A stretch of DNA of 55,131 nucleotides, from positions 1 to 55,131 of the IMG/VR virus record IMGVR_UViG_3300046028_005522; one strand, given 5' to 3'. A program made the translations under genes and the position numbers. This document shows, piece after piece, positions 18,583-28,038 of the stretch; position 1 is the first letter of the stretch; each line of letters starts with the position of its first letter. The notes under the pieces are model-generated. The model made no database searches. It was not told the DNA's origin and saw only the letters and a list, made by a program, of their open reading frames with translations. This DNA is from a virus. Lineage: Duplodnaviria > Caudoviricetes.

Positions 18583-19135
18583 GCAAGTTCATGTGTAATG
18601 CTACCAAAGCTGCGTAGGAGACCGAGTGGCTTTTCTTGAATGTGTATCCACGTGAGTCATCTCCGTTCCATACTTCAGCAAACACTTCTGTCCATGGACG
18701 ATTCTGTAGATGTGCTTTGCCCGGACGAATAACTGAAATAAACGCTGCCATTCTGGGTATTGAATCTGGCTGCATTGACGTCATCAAATCTGTGTAGTTG
18801 CCCACATGCACTAGTTGCTTGGTCCAGGCAGTGTCGGTCCATAGTCTACTCCATGGTGGTGCGGCTGCCAACATAGCCGCATAGTGTGCCGGGTCACGGA
18901 TCAACTGATACACACTCATGTTCAACAGATCTATCTTGAAGTATCCACGCTGTTCTGCTGACTCATAGTCTATGGCTGCACAGCCATTGGGTATGTCTCT
19001 AGGAATGTCTGTAACATAGATGCCTGAATTGTGCTTACGCACTTGGCCTTGATGCAGTTGCCGTGCGGCAGTGTGTTCAATCAGTTTCAACACAGCCGTT
19101 CTGTCCGGCACATCAATGTCAATGTCTGCGCTCAT
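18557..19135 (-). CDS. Miniature DNA polymerase III alpha (DnaE)-like catalytic domain
   Basis: ADIDID, KHNSG, GYFKIDLL, IRPG and GYTFKKSHSVSY in DnaE order within 192 aa. Confidence 0.85.
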   Translation of the reverse strand: MSADIDIDVPDRTAVLKLIEHTAARQLHQGQVRKHNSGIYVTDIPRDIPNGCAAIDYESAEQRGYFKIDLLNMSVYQLIRDPAHYAAMLAAAPPWSRLWTDTAWTKQLVHVGNYTDLMTSMQPDSIPRMAAFISVIRPGKAHLQNRPWTEVFAEVWNGDDSRGYTFKKSHSVSYAALVALHMNLLNQDVAQV

Positions 19136-19491
19136 TTTGAATCAGTGTCACAAAGTGCAGTTACAACTTGCAGTTTCTCCCGGGCCAGTTCAACTGCTGC
19201 CAAGGCATCTGCCACTGTGGGATGCTTGGCTGCCAAGGCAGCAATGCGCCATTCTTCATCACGCTTGGCTCGCGCCCAATCCAACAGGGTTTCGGCGTCT
19301 GATGAGAGTGAAATCATAGGATGTGATGAGTGAAGCTGTTGCCAGGAGTTGCCATCATTAATTTCCAAACAGTTCATGCTGGGACTCCATCGCACCATGC
19401 CTGCACCGCTGGCACCTGGGCTGATGTATGGATTGGTAGACATGCCACCTGATACTTGAATGTATTTGCTGCCGCTAATATTTCTAATCAT
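19132..19491 (-). CDS. Hypothetical protein
   Basis: ATGA-coupled on both sides. Confidence 0.7.
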   Translation of the reverse strand: MIRNISGSKYIQVSGGMSTNPYISPGASGAGMVRWSPSMNCLEINDGNSWQQLHSSHPMISLSSDAETLLDWARAKRDEEWRIAALAAKHPTVADALAAVELAREKLQVVTALCDTDSK

Positions 19492-19856
19492 AATGCAATT
19501 ATAGCCACAAGGCCAATGTAAGTCAACTGATGTGCCATCTGATCTAGACCCAAGTGTGCCCAGAAGCTGGGATTCTGAAGGTCTCTATTGCCCCAGTTCA
19601 TCTTGGCCCAGTCAATGTGATAATGTAGCACAGCATCTATCACACCCATCATTATGCTGGCGGCCCAGTATACAGGGCCTAACACACACCCAACACATAG
19701 GGCTGTGCCAATGCCCTGTTTGAGACTGTGCCGCATGCCCAGCCAGTGTCCGTATTGGCCTTTGTGATTGACTTCTGCCATGCTTTGATCCACAAAGTCA
19801 ATGTACCAGTGTTTGATCTGCAAGAGTATGAGTGTTAAAAATATCACTGCTTCCAT
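19488..19856 (-). CDS. DUF3307-like membrane protein
   Basis: KHWYIDF, HYHIDWAK, GLDQMAHQL; hydrophobic helices. Confidence 0.8.
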   Translation of the reverse strand: MEAVIFLTLILLQIKHWYIDFVDQSMAEVNHKGQYGHWLGMRHSLKQGIGTALCVGCVLGPVYWAASIMMGVIDAVLHYHIDWAKMNWGNRDLQNPSFWAHLGLDQMAHQLTYIGLVAIIAL

Positions 19857-19857
19857 G

Positions 19858-20556
19858 TTACCAACCTGCCTTGTTCAATATGTCTTTTGCGTATTCTTGA
19901 TCCGCTGGGTAGTTGTGAAACTTCTTTTGCCATACATCTGAGTCGATGTAAGGCCATACCATGCTGATCTGATCAGGAGAGAGTTCACCCAAGAACTGTT
20001 GTCCTGACTCTGAATTGTAAATCACCCAAGGTGATATCCTACCTGTTGTGACTGCATAGCACATGGCTGGAGTGCTGCCGTATCTCAAGCAGTCCTGTGG
20101 CTGTGCTGAATTTTTCTCTGCCCAATCCATGCCAAACTCCACTGCTCGTGCTAGAGCATCGTTAACATTCTCCACGGGCAAATGCTGTATGAGATATTCT
20201 GTGTACAGTTGATCACTTGCCCACCGATCAATCTTTTTGTTGTTCTTTAACAGCCACTCAAGAAACTGTTTGGGATTGATAGTTTTTGTGCTCACACAAT
20301 AGCGTCCAAACTTCACAAAGCCGCGATAGTAAGGCGAGTCAGCAAAGTCATCAAAGGTCTTGAGCCGGGCTGATCCTTGGCTCATTTCATAGAATCGTAT
20401 GTAGGCTTGAAAACCCAGTTCCACACCGCGCTCTGTTCGTTCCTGTCTGCGCCGTTTGGGCTCGCACACATGCACTGCTAGACTGGTTTCTCGAGCAAAG
20501 TCTTTTTTGCAGTACTGGCACTGAGTCATTTTAGTAGATTGTTGTTGTTGATCCAT
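19858..20556 (-). CDS. Zn-finger protein in the replication cluster (start probably MTQCQYC)
   Basis: CQYCKKDF...LAVHVC C2HC-type finger. Confidence 0.7.
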   Translation of the reverse strand: MDQQQQSTKMTQCQYCKKDFARETSLAVHVCEPKRRRQERTERGVELGFQAYIRFYEMSQGSARLKTFDDFADSPYYRGFVKFGRYCVSTKTINPKQFLEWLLKNNKKIDRWASDQLYTEYLIQHLPVENVNDALARAVEFGMDWAEKNSAQPQDCLRYGSTPAMCYAVTTGRISPWVIYNSESGQQFLGELSPDQISMVWPYIDSDVWQKKFHNYPADQEYAKDILNKAGW

Positions 20557-21245
20557 GCAGTCAAAAACATGTTTAGTTCTTGATGAAATCCTGGTTGTCG
20601 ATGTGCTATTTCTGGTGGCACATACTGAAGAGCTCCTGGACCATAATCTGTTGCCGGAACTCCTCGTTCATGCTGCCATGGTATAGCACGCCACTTGTAT
20701 CCTTCAACTATTTCAGGTTCACTATGAAACAATTTTAGTCTTGGTGAATCTAAATAAGATTCGTATAAATTATCAGCCTGCTGGAACACTATCACAGCAT
20801 GGCCTCTAGATTTCAAACTGTGTATCATAGCAAGTATACGATACATGAGATCTTCTGCACGATCCAGTATGCTATTCAATTCCCATTTGAGTTTGAGCTC
20901 AATCATTGCATCAGTATCTGCTTGTGTCCAAGGAGCATCCCATCGCGAACTCCAGCTTTGATTTTGAAAATTAGTCCATCGACCTTCAAAATCACTGCTG
21001 GCTTGCAAAATTGGCAATTCTTCTCTGCTGACAAATGTCATTCCCAACACATACAATGTGGGCTGTAGCGTGATGTAACTGTGCTTGAGCGTGGTTCGAA
21101 TAATACGCGAATTGGCACTGCCCCCGATAGCCAAACTTATGGCCTGGGGGATTGACAGTCGTTCTGCTAATTCTTGATGGCCAAATCCGCTGGCATAGCT
21201 TTCCATGTAACTACACCCATTGACCACCAGCTGTTGATATTTCAT
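20526..21245 (-). CDS. SGNH-hydrolase-like protein
   Basis: VVNGCSY, LAIGGSAN, C-terminal His. Confidence 0.6.
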   Translation of the reverse strand: MKYQQLVVNGCSYMESYASGFGHQELAERLSIPQAISLAIGGSANSRIIRTTLKHSYITLQPTLYVLGMTFVSREELPILQASSDFEGRWTNFQNQSWSSRWDAPWTQADTDAMIELKLKWELNSILDRAEDLMYRILAMIHSLKSRGHAVIVFQQADNLYESYLDSPRLKLFHSEPEIVEGYKWRAIPWQHERGVPATDYGPGALQYVPPEIAHRQPGFHQELNMFLTAWINNNNLLK

Positions 21246-21694
21246 TATGATCCTTCACCAAATTTTTTGAGGTACTCGTTTATTTCTTTTTGCGATGTGA
21301 TTCCTGCCAGCACATTGATTTCATCATCTTTGAGATGTGGGTAAATTTCTGCCAATTGTTTTCGCTTGCCAGTAAGTGTGGCATCTTTTTTCTTGGGCGC
21401 AATCCAGTTGTGCCGTTGAGTGCCCAAGCCGGGACTCACAGTGGTGGCCAGCAACCACTGAAGCTTTTTGTGCCTGGCAGCACTAATGTTGAAAAAGTGT
21501 TTGTTCAATCGTTCATTGGTGGCAATCACATAAAATTCTTGAAGCTCACGTGAACCTTCTACTGCTGATCCCCAACGTATCATCAAAAAAGGGCTGAACT
21601 TTTTGCGTTCTTCATCAGACAATTGATCATAGAACTCTCTGTTCTTACGATCAAATTGTTGCATCTCGTTGCCAATGGACAGGTTATCACTCAT
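21245..21694 (-). CDS. gp62: Clamp loader small subunit (T4 gp62-like)
   Basis: KKFSPFLMIRW...NERLN...LQWLL...WIAPKK pattern typical of the gp62 family. Confidence 0.6.
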   Translation of the reverse strand: MSDNLSIGNEMQQFDRKNREFYDQLSDEERKKFSPFLMIRWGSAVEGSRELQEFYVIATNERLNKHFFNISAARHKKLQWLLATTVSPGLGTQRHNWIAPKKKDATLTGKRKQLAEIYPHLKDDEINVLAGITSQKEINEYLKKFGEGS

Positions 21695-21998
21695 CAGTTT
21701 TGGTTAGTTTATAAATCATTATAGCACGTTCTAGTGCGTCTTGTAAAGTGGGATTGGTCGGTGCCGCACGTCTAATTTCTGCCCACATTTTATTTTCTTG
21801 TACGTGCTCACGTAACGGCCTACCGTCCGCTGTTCTTGAATCGTAATCTATTTTGTGTCCAGTGATAGGATCATATTCCTTACCTGATTCGTAACCTATC
21901 ACTCGACGTGTACTGGGATCAGCACCAAACTCTCGAGCATATATAATACCTTCTGCTCTCTCGTAAATGTATGTGGCGTCTGGTTTAAGGGTTCCCAT
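21687..21998 (-). CDS. Hypothetical protein
   Basis: YIYERAEGIIYAREFG; coupled in operon. Confidence 0.7.
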   Translation of the reverse strand: MGTLKPDATYIYERAEGIIYAREFGADPSTRRVIGYESGKEYDPITGHKIDYDSRTADGRPLREHVQENKMWAEIRRAAPTNPTLQDALERAIMIYKLTKTDE

Positions 21999-22131
21999 AT
22001 TGGTAGCCGTATTGTAAATGTGCCCAACGCAGGAATCGTTCTAGGCCTTCTCGATCGTCAGGATAACTTTCCAGATATACTCTGGCCAATCGATTGATGA
22101 TTTCAAATATTTCTGGTTCAGTGTAGGGCAT
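21985..22131 (-). CDS. Small hypothetical protein (48 aa, not in ORF track)
   Basis: MPYTEPEIFEIINRLARVYLESYPDDREGLERFLRWAHLQYGYQYGNP; TAATG coupling; fills the gap exactly. Confidence 0.7.
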   Translation of the reverse strand: MPYTEPEIFEIINRLARVYLESYPDDREGLERFLRWAHLQYGYQYGNP

Positions 22132-22631
22132 TACCAGGCCTTGTTGTAGTCTACAATTTCACAGTTGCGACTGATGTCCTTTACAAAGTACACACAGTCG
22201 GGTTCCGGATCATTATTCAAAGGCACAGCCAACATTTGCCCATTTTTAAGTTTGGGTGCAAACCAGCTGACTTCATGATAGACATCTAGTATTTCAATGT
22301 CAGGAAAACTAGGCCTATAACTGGTCAGTGGGTTGAATTGAAACACTCTAAAGCCTCGATCATTGATTGATGTCAAGGGCAACACTTCTAAGTCACCAAT
22401 GTCAGGTTCGCCTATTAGTATTTGCCAGTCCATGGGCATTTTGAGTGTGATATCACCTATGCGTAAAACCAAAGCAGGAGCGTTGAAGCTCTCCAAGAAG
22501 ATCAACGGAATAAAGTGATAGTCTGGATCTGCAGGATTGGAGTTATCTAAAATTGCAAATCTCAAATCATCAATTTCTTCTGGCAAGTGATCTAAGTCGT
22601 AGTAAGTGTTATCTAATGTTAGTATTCTCAT
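22131..22631 (-). CDS. Hypothetical beta-rich protein
   Basis: First gene behind a sigma70 promoter. Confidence 0.75.
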   Translation of the reverse strand: MRILTLDNTYYDLDHLPEEIDDLRFAILDNSNPADPDYHFIPLIFLESFNAPALVLRIGDITLKMPMDWQILIGEPDIGDLEVLPLTSINDRGFRVFQFNPLTSYRPSFPDIEILDVYHEVSWFAPKLKNGQMLAVPLNNDPEPDCVYFVKDISRNCEIVDYNKAW

Positions 22632-22639
22632 ATGTTATC

Positions 22640-22668
22640 AGTATACAGAATTTAATTGGTGTTGTCAA
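22640..22668 (-). promoter_or_regulatory. Sigma70 promoter
   Basis: TTGACA-17nt-TATACT. Confidence 0.8.
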
Positions 22669-23242
22669 GTTTTTTCATGATCACGCCGCAATCTAAAGTT
22701 TGGTGTACCACCGTCCAACCCAGCGACTGCAAATAAACTACTGCTGGACCGCACTTGCCAATCCAACAGTCGTTTACACAATAGGTATCGTCAAATGCTA
22801 CCACAGCGTCGGAGCTCAACAAGGGTGTTAATGCAACCATTTGCCGCATGTGCTCAATTTGGCAATTTTGATTGCTCATTACTATGCCTTGTCCGGCGTA
22901 GTCATGCATTTGTTGGCGGATGGCTGCACTTACACTATCAATATCCCAGATGTAATCAAAGTTATCCAAATATAACACAGCAATATTGGTGTGAGTGTTG
23001 GCAAAGTCTCTGGCCCAGACAGCTCCAGATGCCACAACAAAGTCAGTGTTTGGTAACGTGTGAGACAATCTACTCTGTGCTTTGCTGGAAATGTCCACAG
23101 TGATCAACCGAGTGTTGTGTTGTTGGGCCAGCTCAGCCAGTGTGTGAGTACTTCCTTCTCCACGGTCGCTACCAATTTCCACAAACACTCCGCGTGGAGT
23201 TTGCGGCAGAAAGTTATTGATGTCTTTGTATATTTTGCCCAT
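22652..23242 (-). CDS. Class I SAM methyltransferase
   Basis: VFVEIGS...ITVD...LYLD...AFDDT...GKC. Confidence 0.75.
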   Translation of the reverse strand: MGKIYKDINNFLPQTPRGVFVEIGSDRGEGSTHTLAELAQQHNTRLITVDISSKAQSRLSHTLPNTDFVVASGAVWARDFANTHTNIAVLYLDNFDYIWDIDSVSAAIRQQMHDYAGQGIVMSNQNCQIEHMRQMVALTPLLSSDAVVAFDDTYCVNDCWIGKCGPAVVYLQSLGWTVVHQTLDCGVIMKKLDNTN

Positions 23243-23915
23243 GTATTATTTGATGTATGTTGTTGGCAACTGTTTGCTGAGTTGCACGATCCGTGTGAAA
23301 CGGTGTGTCAACGTTGGGATTGTTGCCACTGAAATCATAAGCAACTTTTCCCACATTATCATTGTTGAAAAAAACAGGCAGTACACCTGCATCCAAGATC
23401 TTGTTGTGCCAAAATTCAAACAACCATCCATCAATGGTGTCTTGAAAATTGTAGTTCATAAAATACTTCATGTACAGGTCAACAGCAACAAGTTGTTCTT
23501 TGGTAAAATTAAAAAATGTACTGTTTTCTAAATTCTGCCACACAGTGGAAAAAATTGCAGCCTTGTTATCCCCCACATGCGGCGAACCAGTGCTGGGCAT
23601 GTGCGGATTAGAATAGATAAAATTCTTTAGGCCTTGAGATGGCTCAAAGTTGTCATGCATGGACAAGTTTATTCTGCTGGCCCATGTTCGATTGTAGACC
23701 ACAACATCGGCTCCAAGCTCAAGGGCTTTTTGTATTTGAAAAAAGATTCCTGTGTTACTAAATCCGCCATGAGCTAGGTGGATAACTTGGTAGCCATATT
23801 GATCTTCGAGTATCTGACTAAAGTGAGCGCGGACTCCAACTTCTTTGAGATCAACAGTTGATGCAGTACAAAAACTGTCTCCGCACACTGCAACAGTTAT
23901 TTTATTTTCATCCAT
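23214..23915 (-). CDS. SGNH-hydrolase-like protein
   Basis: VCGDSF, LAHGGFSN, DTPFH; start re-assigned to MDENK. Confidence 0.65.
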   Translation of the reverse strand: MDENKITVAVCGDSFCTASTVDLKEVGVRAHFSQILEDQYGYQVIHLAHGGFSNTGIFFQIQKALELGADVVVYNRTWASRINLSMHDNFEPSQGLKNFIYSNPHMPSTGSPHVGDNKAAIFSTVWQNLENSTFFNFTKEQLVAVDLYMKYFMNYNFQDTIDGWLFEFWHNKILDAGVLPVFFNNDNVGKVAYDFSGNNPNVDTPFHTDRATQQTVANNIHQIIHGQNIQRHQ

Positions 23916-25366
23916 TCTAATTTTTCCTGAGTAAAGGGATAGTTGGCTTCTTTGTAGAATTGTTTGCGCTTGGTCAAGTGGCGCTTGGCAAATTTGCAAG
24001 TTGAAGTTATGTCCCAGATTTGAACATGGTCTTTGTCTTCGGCTTTTCTTATGCCGCGTCCAATGCTTTGGATAACGCGGACAAAACTTTTCCCGGGTTC
24101 CACAAGAACCAAATTAAAAATCCTAGGGATATTAATACCCACAGCGGCAACACCATAGGTAGCCACAATAATCTTATCAACGCTGTCCGCCACTTCGTCA
24201 TACTCGTCTTGTCTATCTTTTGCTTTGGTTGCGCCTGACACAAACACTGCACGTTCGCCCAGTCTCTCTACTAACTGTCGACCACACTCAGTTCTGTCTA
24301 CTAATACTAGTGTGTTGCCTGTTTCATTTACATGGCGTATGAGTTCACTCATAGCATCCAGTCTGCCCGACTCTTCCAACAAGTATTTAAGCTCGCTTTG
24401 GTAGTTGGAGTATTCAACATGATCCTGTAACTGCACAATGTTCACATGGCACTGCGCCAACACACCTTGTTGTTGCAGTTCATTGGCGCTGAGCTTGCTG
24501 ATCACTGGGCCTAGGCTCACTAGCAATGCCTGGCTTTCAAACTTCTCTTTGGGCACAGTACCGGTTAGTCCCCAACGAATTGGCACTCTAGCCATCACGC
24601 TGGTCAGCAGAGTCTTGAGTGCATCTGCTTTGGCCATGTGTACTTCGTCCACCATCACACACACCACATCCTCAATAAAGTCCTGGATGGTTGCGATACC
24701 CACACCTGCCTTGGTATTCTTTAGCAGTACATTCAAACTCTGCCAAGTGCAGATGGTATGTGTACGTCCGTGTTCTTTTCTGTCGCCAAAGTAAACACCC
24801 ACATCCAGGCCAAGATTCACATAGTCTTTTTCAGTTTGTGTAACTAGACTCTTGTTGGGCACAATCACAATTGATCGTCCATATGGCTCTATACTGGCAC
24901 TCAAGGCTGCTGTCATTATAGTCTTGCCTGCACCTGTGGCCACTTCCTGTATGCATTGTGGGTTGGTCAAGAAGTTGTTTACAATTTCTACCTGGTAGTC
25001 ACGCAATGTGATGGGTTGTCCTTCTGCAGGATGTCCTTTAGGCCAAGTCTTGTGTGCAAACGTTTGTTCTGTAATTTGAGCAAACTCAAATGTAGTAGAG
25101 TATTCTCTTTGGTCATCCAGTTCGATGTCGTAGTTGTAGCGTTCCAGAATAGGCATGATCTCTGGCAGGAGATTGGTATACGTTGAACCGCCCAATTGGA
25201 AGTAACTGACTTTGCCGTCCCACCGTCCCAGCCTCACTGCTGGTAGATATCTTGCATAAGGTACATCATACTTAAACGCATTGACCAGGGCCTTGCGCAC
25301 ATCCAGATCGATACCCTCTAGTTTGATGTTTACTTCATCTCGAATTTGTATGGTGCATCGTTTCAT
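23897..25366 (-). CDS. uvsW: SF2 DNA helicase UvsW
   Basis: WDGK, LRDYQ, ATGAGKT, DEVH, GLTGT, QSIGRGIR. Confidence 0.92.
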   Translation of the reverse strand: MKRCTIQIRDEVNIKLEGIDLDVRKALVNAFKYDVPYARYLPAVRLGRWDGKVSYFQLGGSTYTNLLPEIMPILERYNYDIELDDQREYSTTFEFAQITEQTFAHKTWPKGHPAEGQPITLRDYQVEIVNNFLTNPQCIQEVATGAGKTIMTAALSASIEPYGRSIVIVPNKSLVTQTEKDYVNLGLDVGVYFGDRKEHGRTHTICTWQSLNVLLKNTKAGVGIATIQDFIEDVVCVMVDEVHMAKADALKTLLTSVMARVPIRWGLTGTVPKEKFESQALLVSLGPVISKLSANELQQQGVLAQCHVNIVQLQDHVEYSNYQSELKYLLEESGRLDAMSELIRHVNETGNTLVLVDRTECGRQLVERLGERAVFVSGATKAKDRQDEYDEVADSVDKIIVATYGVAAVGINIPRIFNLVLVEPGKSFVRVIQSIGRGIRKAEDKDHVQIWDITSTCKFAKRHLTKRKQFYKEANYPFTQEKLEWMKIK

Positions 25367-26237
25367 CTATATAAACCCGAGTAACGAGTTGTCTTTGTTG
25401 TATGTTGTTAATCAGTTGTTCACGTGGAATAGTTTCAATTATTTTTGCCACAGGGAATTTTAAAGGTTGTAGTTGAATATGACCAAACTGTGGGTATCCT
25501 CGACTGGCAAAAAAATCATAGTGTTCTTGATAGTATTGTTGCATATTTTGTAGCATGTTGTCTACTTCATCTGAGTCAAGTTCAAAAAATCTTACTGCAA
25601 AATCTGGATTGTAATGACTAAAGGGCTGAAACGCATCGTCGCCAATGTATGCATCATTGTCTATCATAAGGTCAAGCAATGTTTTTCCAATCTCAACATA
25701 GTTCAAGCACACACTTCCAAATGACGGATTGATTATGCCATACTGAGTCATGATCTCCTCTGAGAGAGTAACATCTTTAGGTAAGCCAAACCAAGTGCAA
25801 ACAAGTCTTGGTTTTAGTTTTCTTGATGCAGATTCGCAACGATGAACAGCCAAGTTTAATTCTGCCAGTGCCTTTTTCACAGGCTTTGGAGCACGTAACC
25901 ACCAAAGAGTTTTTTGTTGATTTAGTAGGCCATGGTATCGTTCAAAAATGTTGTGCAGGTAGTTTAAACAATCCTGGTCATGCACCGTGGTAAACTCTCG
26001 TTCAATGATTGGCTGGTAGTCGTTGATTGTGGCAATACAGCCCTGAATCATTTTTTCTGAGCGAGTAATTTCTTGCTCTTGTGAATCAAATCCGTAGAAT
26101 CGATCAGGATGATCTATTGGGTACGGGTCCCGGAGGCGCATGCGCTCAAGCCAAAGATCGGCCAGGGGCGTGTTGTGTATTTCAAAGTCTAGGGTATAGT
26201 CTGCACCTAAATCTATGTGCAAATATTGTTGGGGCAT
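25335..26237 (-). CDS. Hypothetical protein
   Basis: LNYLHNIFE...LNLAVHRCE; own promoter. Confidence 0.7.
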   Translation of the reverse strand: MPQQYLHIDLGADYTLDFEIHNTPLADLWLERMRLRDPYPIDHPDRFYGFDSQEQEITRSEKMIQGCIATINDYQPIIEREFTTVHDQDCLNYLHNIFERYHGLLNQQKTLWWLRAPKPVKKALAELNLAVHRCESASRKLKPRLVCTWFGLPKDVTLSEEIMTQYGIINPSFGSVCLNYVEIGKTLLDLMIDNDAYIGDDAFQPFSHYNPDFAVRFFELDSDEVDNMLQNMQQYYQEHYDFFASRGYPQFGHIQLQPLKFPVAKIIETIPREQLINNIQQRQLVTRVYIDETMHHTNSR

Positions 26238-26243
26238 AATAAC

Positions 26244-26272
26244 AGTATATACTTATCACAACAAGAAGTCAA
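26244..26272 (-). promoter_or_regulatory. Sigma70 promoter
   Basis: TTGACT-17nt-TATACT; -35 overlaps the terminator U-tract. Confidence 0.75.
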
Positions 26273-26303
26273 AAAGACAGGTACCGTTTTACGGGTACCT
26301 GCC
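26271..26303 (-). terminator. Rho-independent terminator
   Basis: GGCAGGTACC...GGTACCTGTC then TTTTT. Confidence 0.8.
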
Positions 26304-26351
26304 ACAAAGCCCGGGCCGGAGCCAACCAATGCCCGGGATAACCTTGGAGGA

Positions 26352-26567
26352 TTATGCTTTTGAATTGACTGTGGTCTTAAACAAGAAGCCGCACAGGATA
26401 GTGATGCCCCAGGCCTGCAACCACGTGACTTCTTTAACAGAAGTCACTGCATCAACCAAACAACCATTCCACAGCATGAACACAGGCCAACTTAGCAAGA
26501 AACTCAGTAACAGAACTCCTGCAATAGCAAGCACAACTGTACCGACAAAAACTGCAAATTTTTCCAT
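26352..26567 (-). CDS. Small membrane protein
   Basis: Hydrophobic; MLWN...VTWLQAWGI; GGAG RBS. Confidence 0.75.
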   Translation of the reverse strand: MEKFAVFVGTVVLAIAGVLLLSFLLSWPVFMLWNGCLVDAVTSVKEVTWLQAWGITILCGFLFKTTVNSKA

Positions 26568-26568
26568 G

Positions 26569-26685
26569 TCACGCTCCGTAATACTCTAAACATTTAACTG
26601 TGAAGCCAGCCTCACGCTGTTCATCCGCTTCGTACTCGGTATCCACCGAGTACAAGTACAAGTCGCCATCCCATATTTCATACAT
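26569..26685 (-). CDS. Small acidic protein (38 aa, not in ORF track)
   Basis: MYEIWDGDLYLYSVDTEYEADEQREAGFTVKCLEYYGA; AGGAG RBS; fills the gap. Confidence 0.65.
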   Translation of the reverse strand: MYEIWDGDLYLYSVDTEYEADEQREAGFTVKCLEYYGA

Positions 26686-26686
26686 G

Positions 26687-27715
26687 TTAGGCTCCTGCGG
26701 GTTTCATTACAGTGGTCTCTGCCAGGCGCTTCCAGTTCAACACTGACATCTTGCGCAAGTCTGCAATCTTAAGAGCCATACGCAGACTCATCTCACGCAG
26801 ACGATTCTGATTCTCGTCCATAAAGTTGATAATGTCGTCATGCACACACTCTTCAAAATCGTAGTCTGCAAACAATATGCCGTCTTTGGCAATCTGCTTG
26901 ATACGCAGGACCTTGTCACGCATGGTGTCCAGGGTCAAGTCCAAGTAGTGGCATCGGCTTTGCAGTGCATCCAAGTGGTCCCGCAATTTCTGCGAACGCA
27001 TGGTGTCAAACTTCAAGTTGGTAATAAAAATTACCGAACCCTTGAACTCGAAGCTGTCTGGAATGCCCTCATGGCTCAACACACGGCTTTCGCTCAACCA
27101 GGAAATCTTACGCTTCTTGCCGGAGTCCAAGGCACCTTTCAGCAAGTTAAGAGCAACGTCATCCAACAAGATTGAGTCACAGTCGTCAAACACCAACACA
27201 CAATTGGCATCTGAATACTTGTACAGAGTTTTGTACAGGCCAATGGGACTGGCTGAGCCCTTAACAACCTCGGCCTTAAGGCGTTTGCTGGCCAGCTTGT
27301 CAAACAAACAGGCCTTGTCAATTTCTTGCTCCACACCGTAGCTCTTGCCCACACCTGGAGGGCCGCTCACAATCATAGCACGGATGTCGCCACTTACACA
27401 GGCCTTTGTCATCTCATGCAGGATGTCAAAACGCTCACGGATACGATCCATGGCTTGCTCGTCGGTCTCTGCCACCACAGTGGGCTTGAACTTTACGGTA
27501 TTTTCTTGCACGGTTTCTCCTGAAGTATACTCAATGTCTGAAATGTTGTCTACCTTGATACGGATGCTATCAGGGCAGTTGGGAAAGGTACCATCATTTT
27601 GCACGGTGACATAGCCACCCTTAGCACCAGTTTGGAACCCGCTCACCAAATTAAACACTTGGTTTTGAACGGCTTTGTTGCGGTAAATGCCGCGAACGAT
27701 ACGAATTGCACTCAT
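26687..27715 (-). CDS. AAA+-type P-loop ATPase (early gene)
   Basis: GPPGVGKS, LVFDDCD, IFITN, ALQSR. Confidence 0.85.
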   Translation of the reverse strand: MSAIRIVRGIYRNKAVQNQVFNLVSGFQTGAKGGYVTVQNDGTFPNCPDSIRIKVDNISDIEYTSGETVQENTVKFKPTVVAETDEQAMDRIRERFDILHEMTKACVSGDIRAMIVSGPPGVGKSYGVEQEIDKACLFDKLASKRLKAEVVKGSASPIGLYKTLYKYSDANCVLVFDDCDSILLDDVALNLLKGALDSGKKRKISWLSESRVLSHEGIPDSFEFKGSVIFITNLKFDTMRSQKLRDHLDALQSRCHYLDLTLDTMRDKVLRIKQIAKDGILFADYDFEECVHDDIINFMDENQNRLREMSLRMALKIADLRKMSVLNWKRLAETTVMKPAGA

Positions 27716-27760
27716 GGTTGGCTCCTTAGTGTGCGGTTAAACTTTGCTGTCTATGTGTGT

Positions 27761-27789
27761 ATTATAGCAAATTGGCATTTATTCGTCAA
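27761..27789 (-). promoter_or_regulatory. Early sigma70 promoter
   Basis: TTGACG-17nt-TATAAT with extended TG. Confidence 0.88.
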
Positions 27790-27961
27790 CCGGCGCAAAC
27801 AACGATTGGCCTTGTTGCATAAAAACAACAAATGCTTCCATTGTGCTCTCGCTGTAGAGCATGCGACCATGTTGTTTGATGTCTTGAAGGGTTTCTAACA
27901 GGCCCATACCTTGAAACTCTGCTTCTTTTTGTAAGTGTTTGATTGCTGTGGCTATTTGCAT
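27779..27961 (-). CDS. Small early protein
   Basis: AAGGAGCC RBS; own promoter. Confidence 0.8.
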   Translation of the reverse strand: MQIATAIKHLQKEAEFQGMGLLETLQDIKQHGRMLYSESTMEAFVVFMQQGQSLFAPVDE

Positions 27962-27990
27962 TTTGGCTCCTTTTTGCTGTCTATGTGTGT

Positions 27991-28019
27991 ATTATAGCAG
28001 ATCGAGAATTATTGGTCAA
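27991..28019 (-). promoter_or_regulatory. Early sigma70 promoter
   Basis: TTGACC-17nt-TATAAT with extended TG; stem-loop CCCGCCAA/TTGGCGGG at 28022-28038 just upstream. Confidence 0.88.
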
Positions 28020-28038
28020 TCCCCGCCAAATTGGCGGG

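Larger units (their letters stand above)
27743..27999. repeat. 27-bp exact direct repeat (27743-27769 and 27973-27999) covering the -10 box and leader
   Basis: TTTGCTGTCTATGTGTGTATTATAGCA twice, 230 bp apart. Confidence 0.95.
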
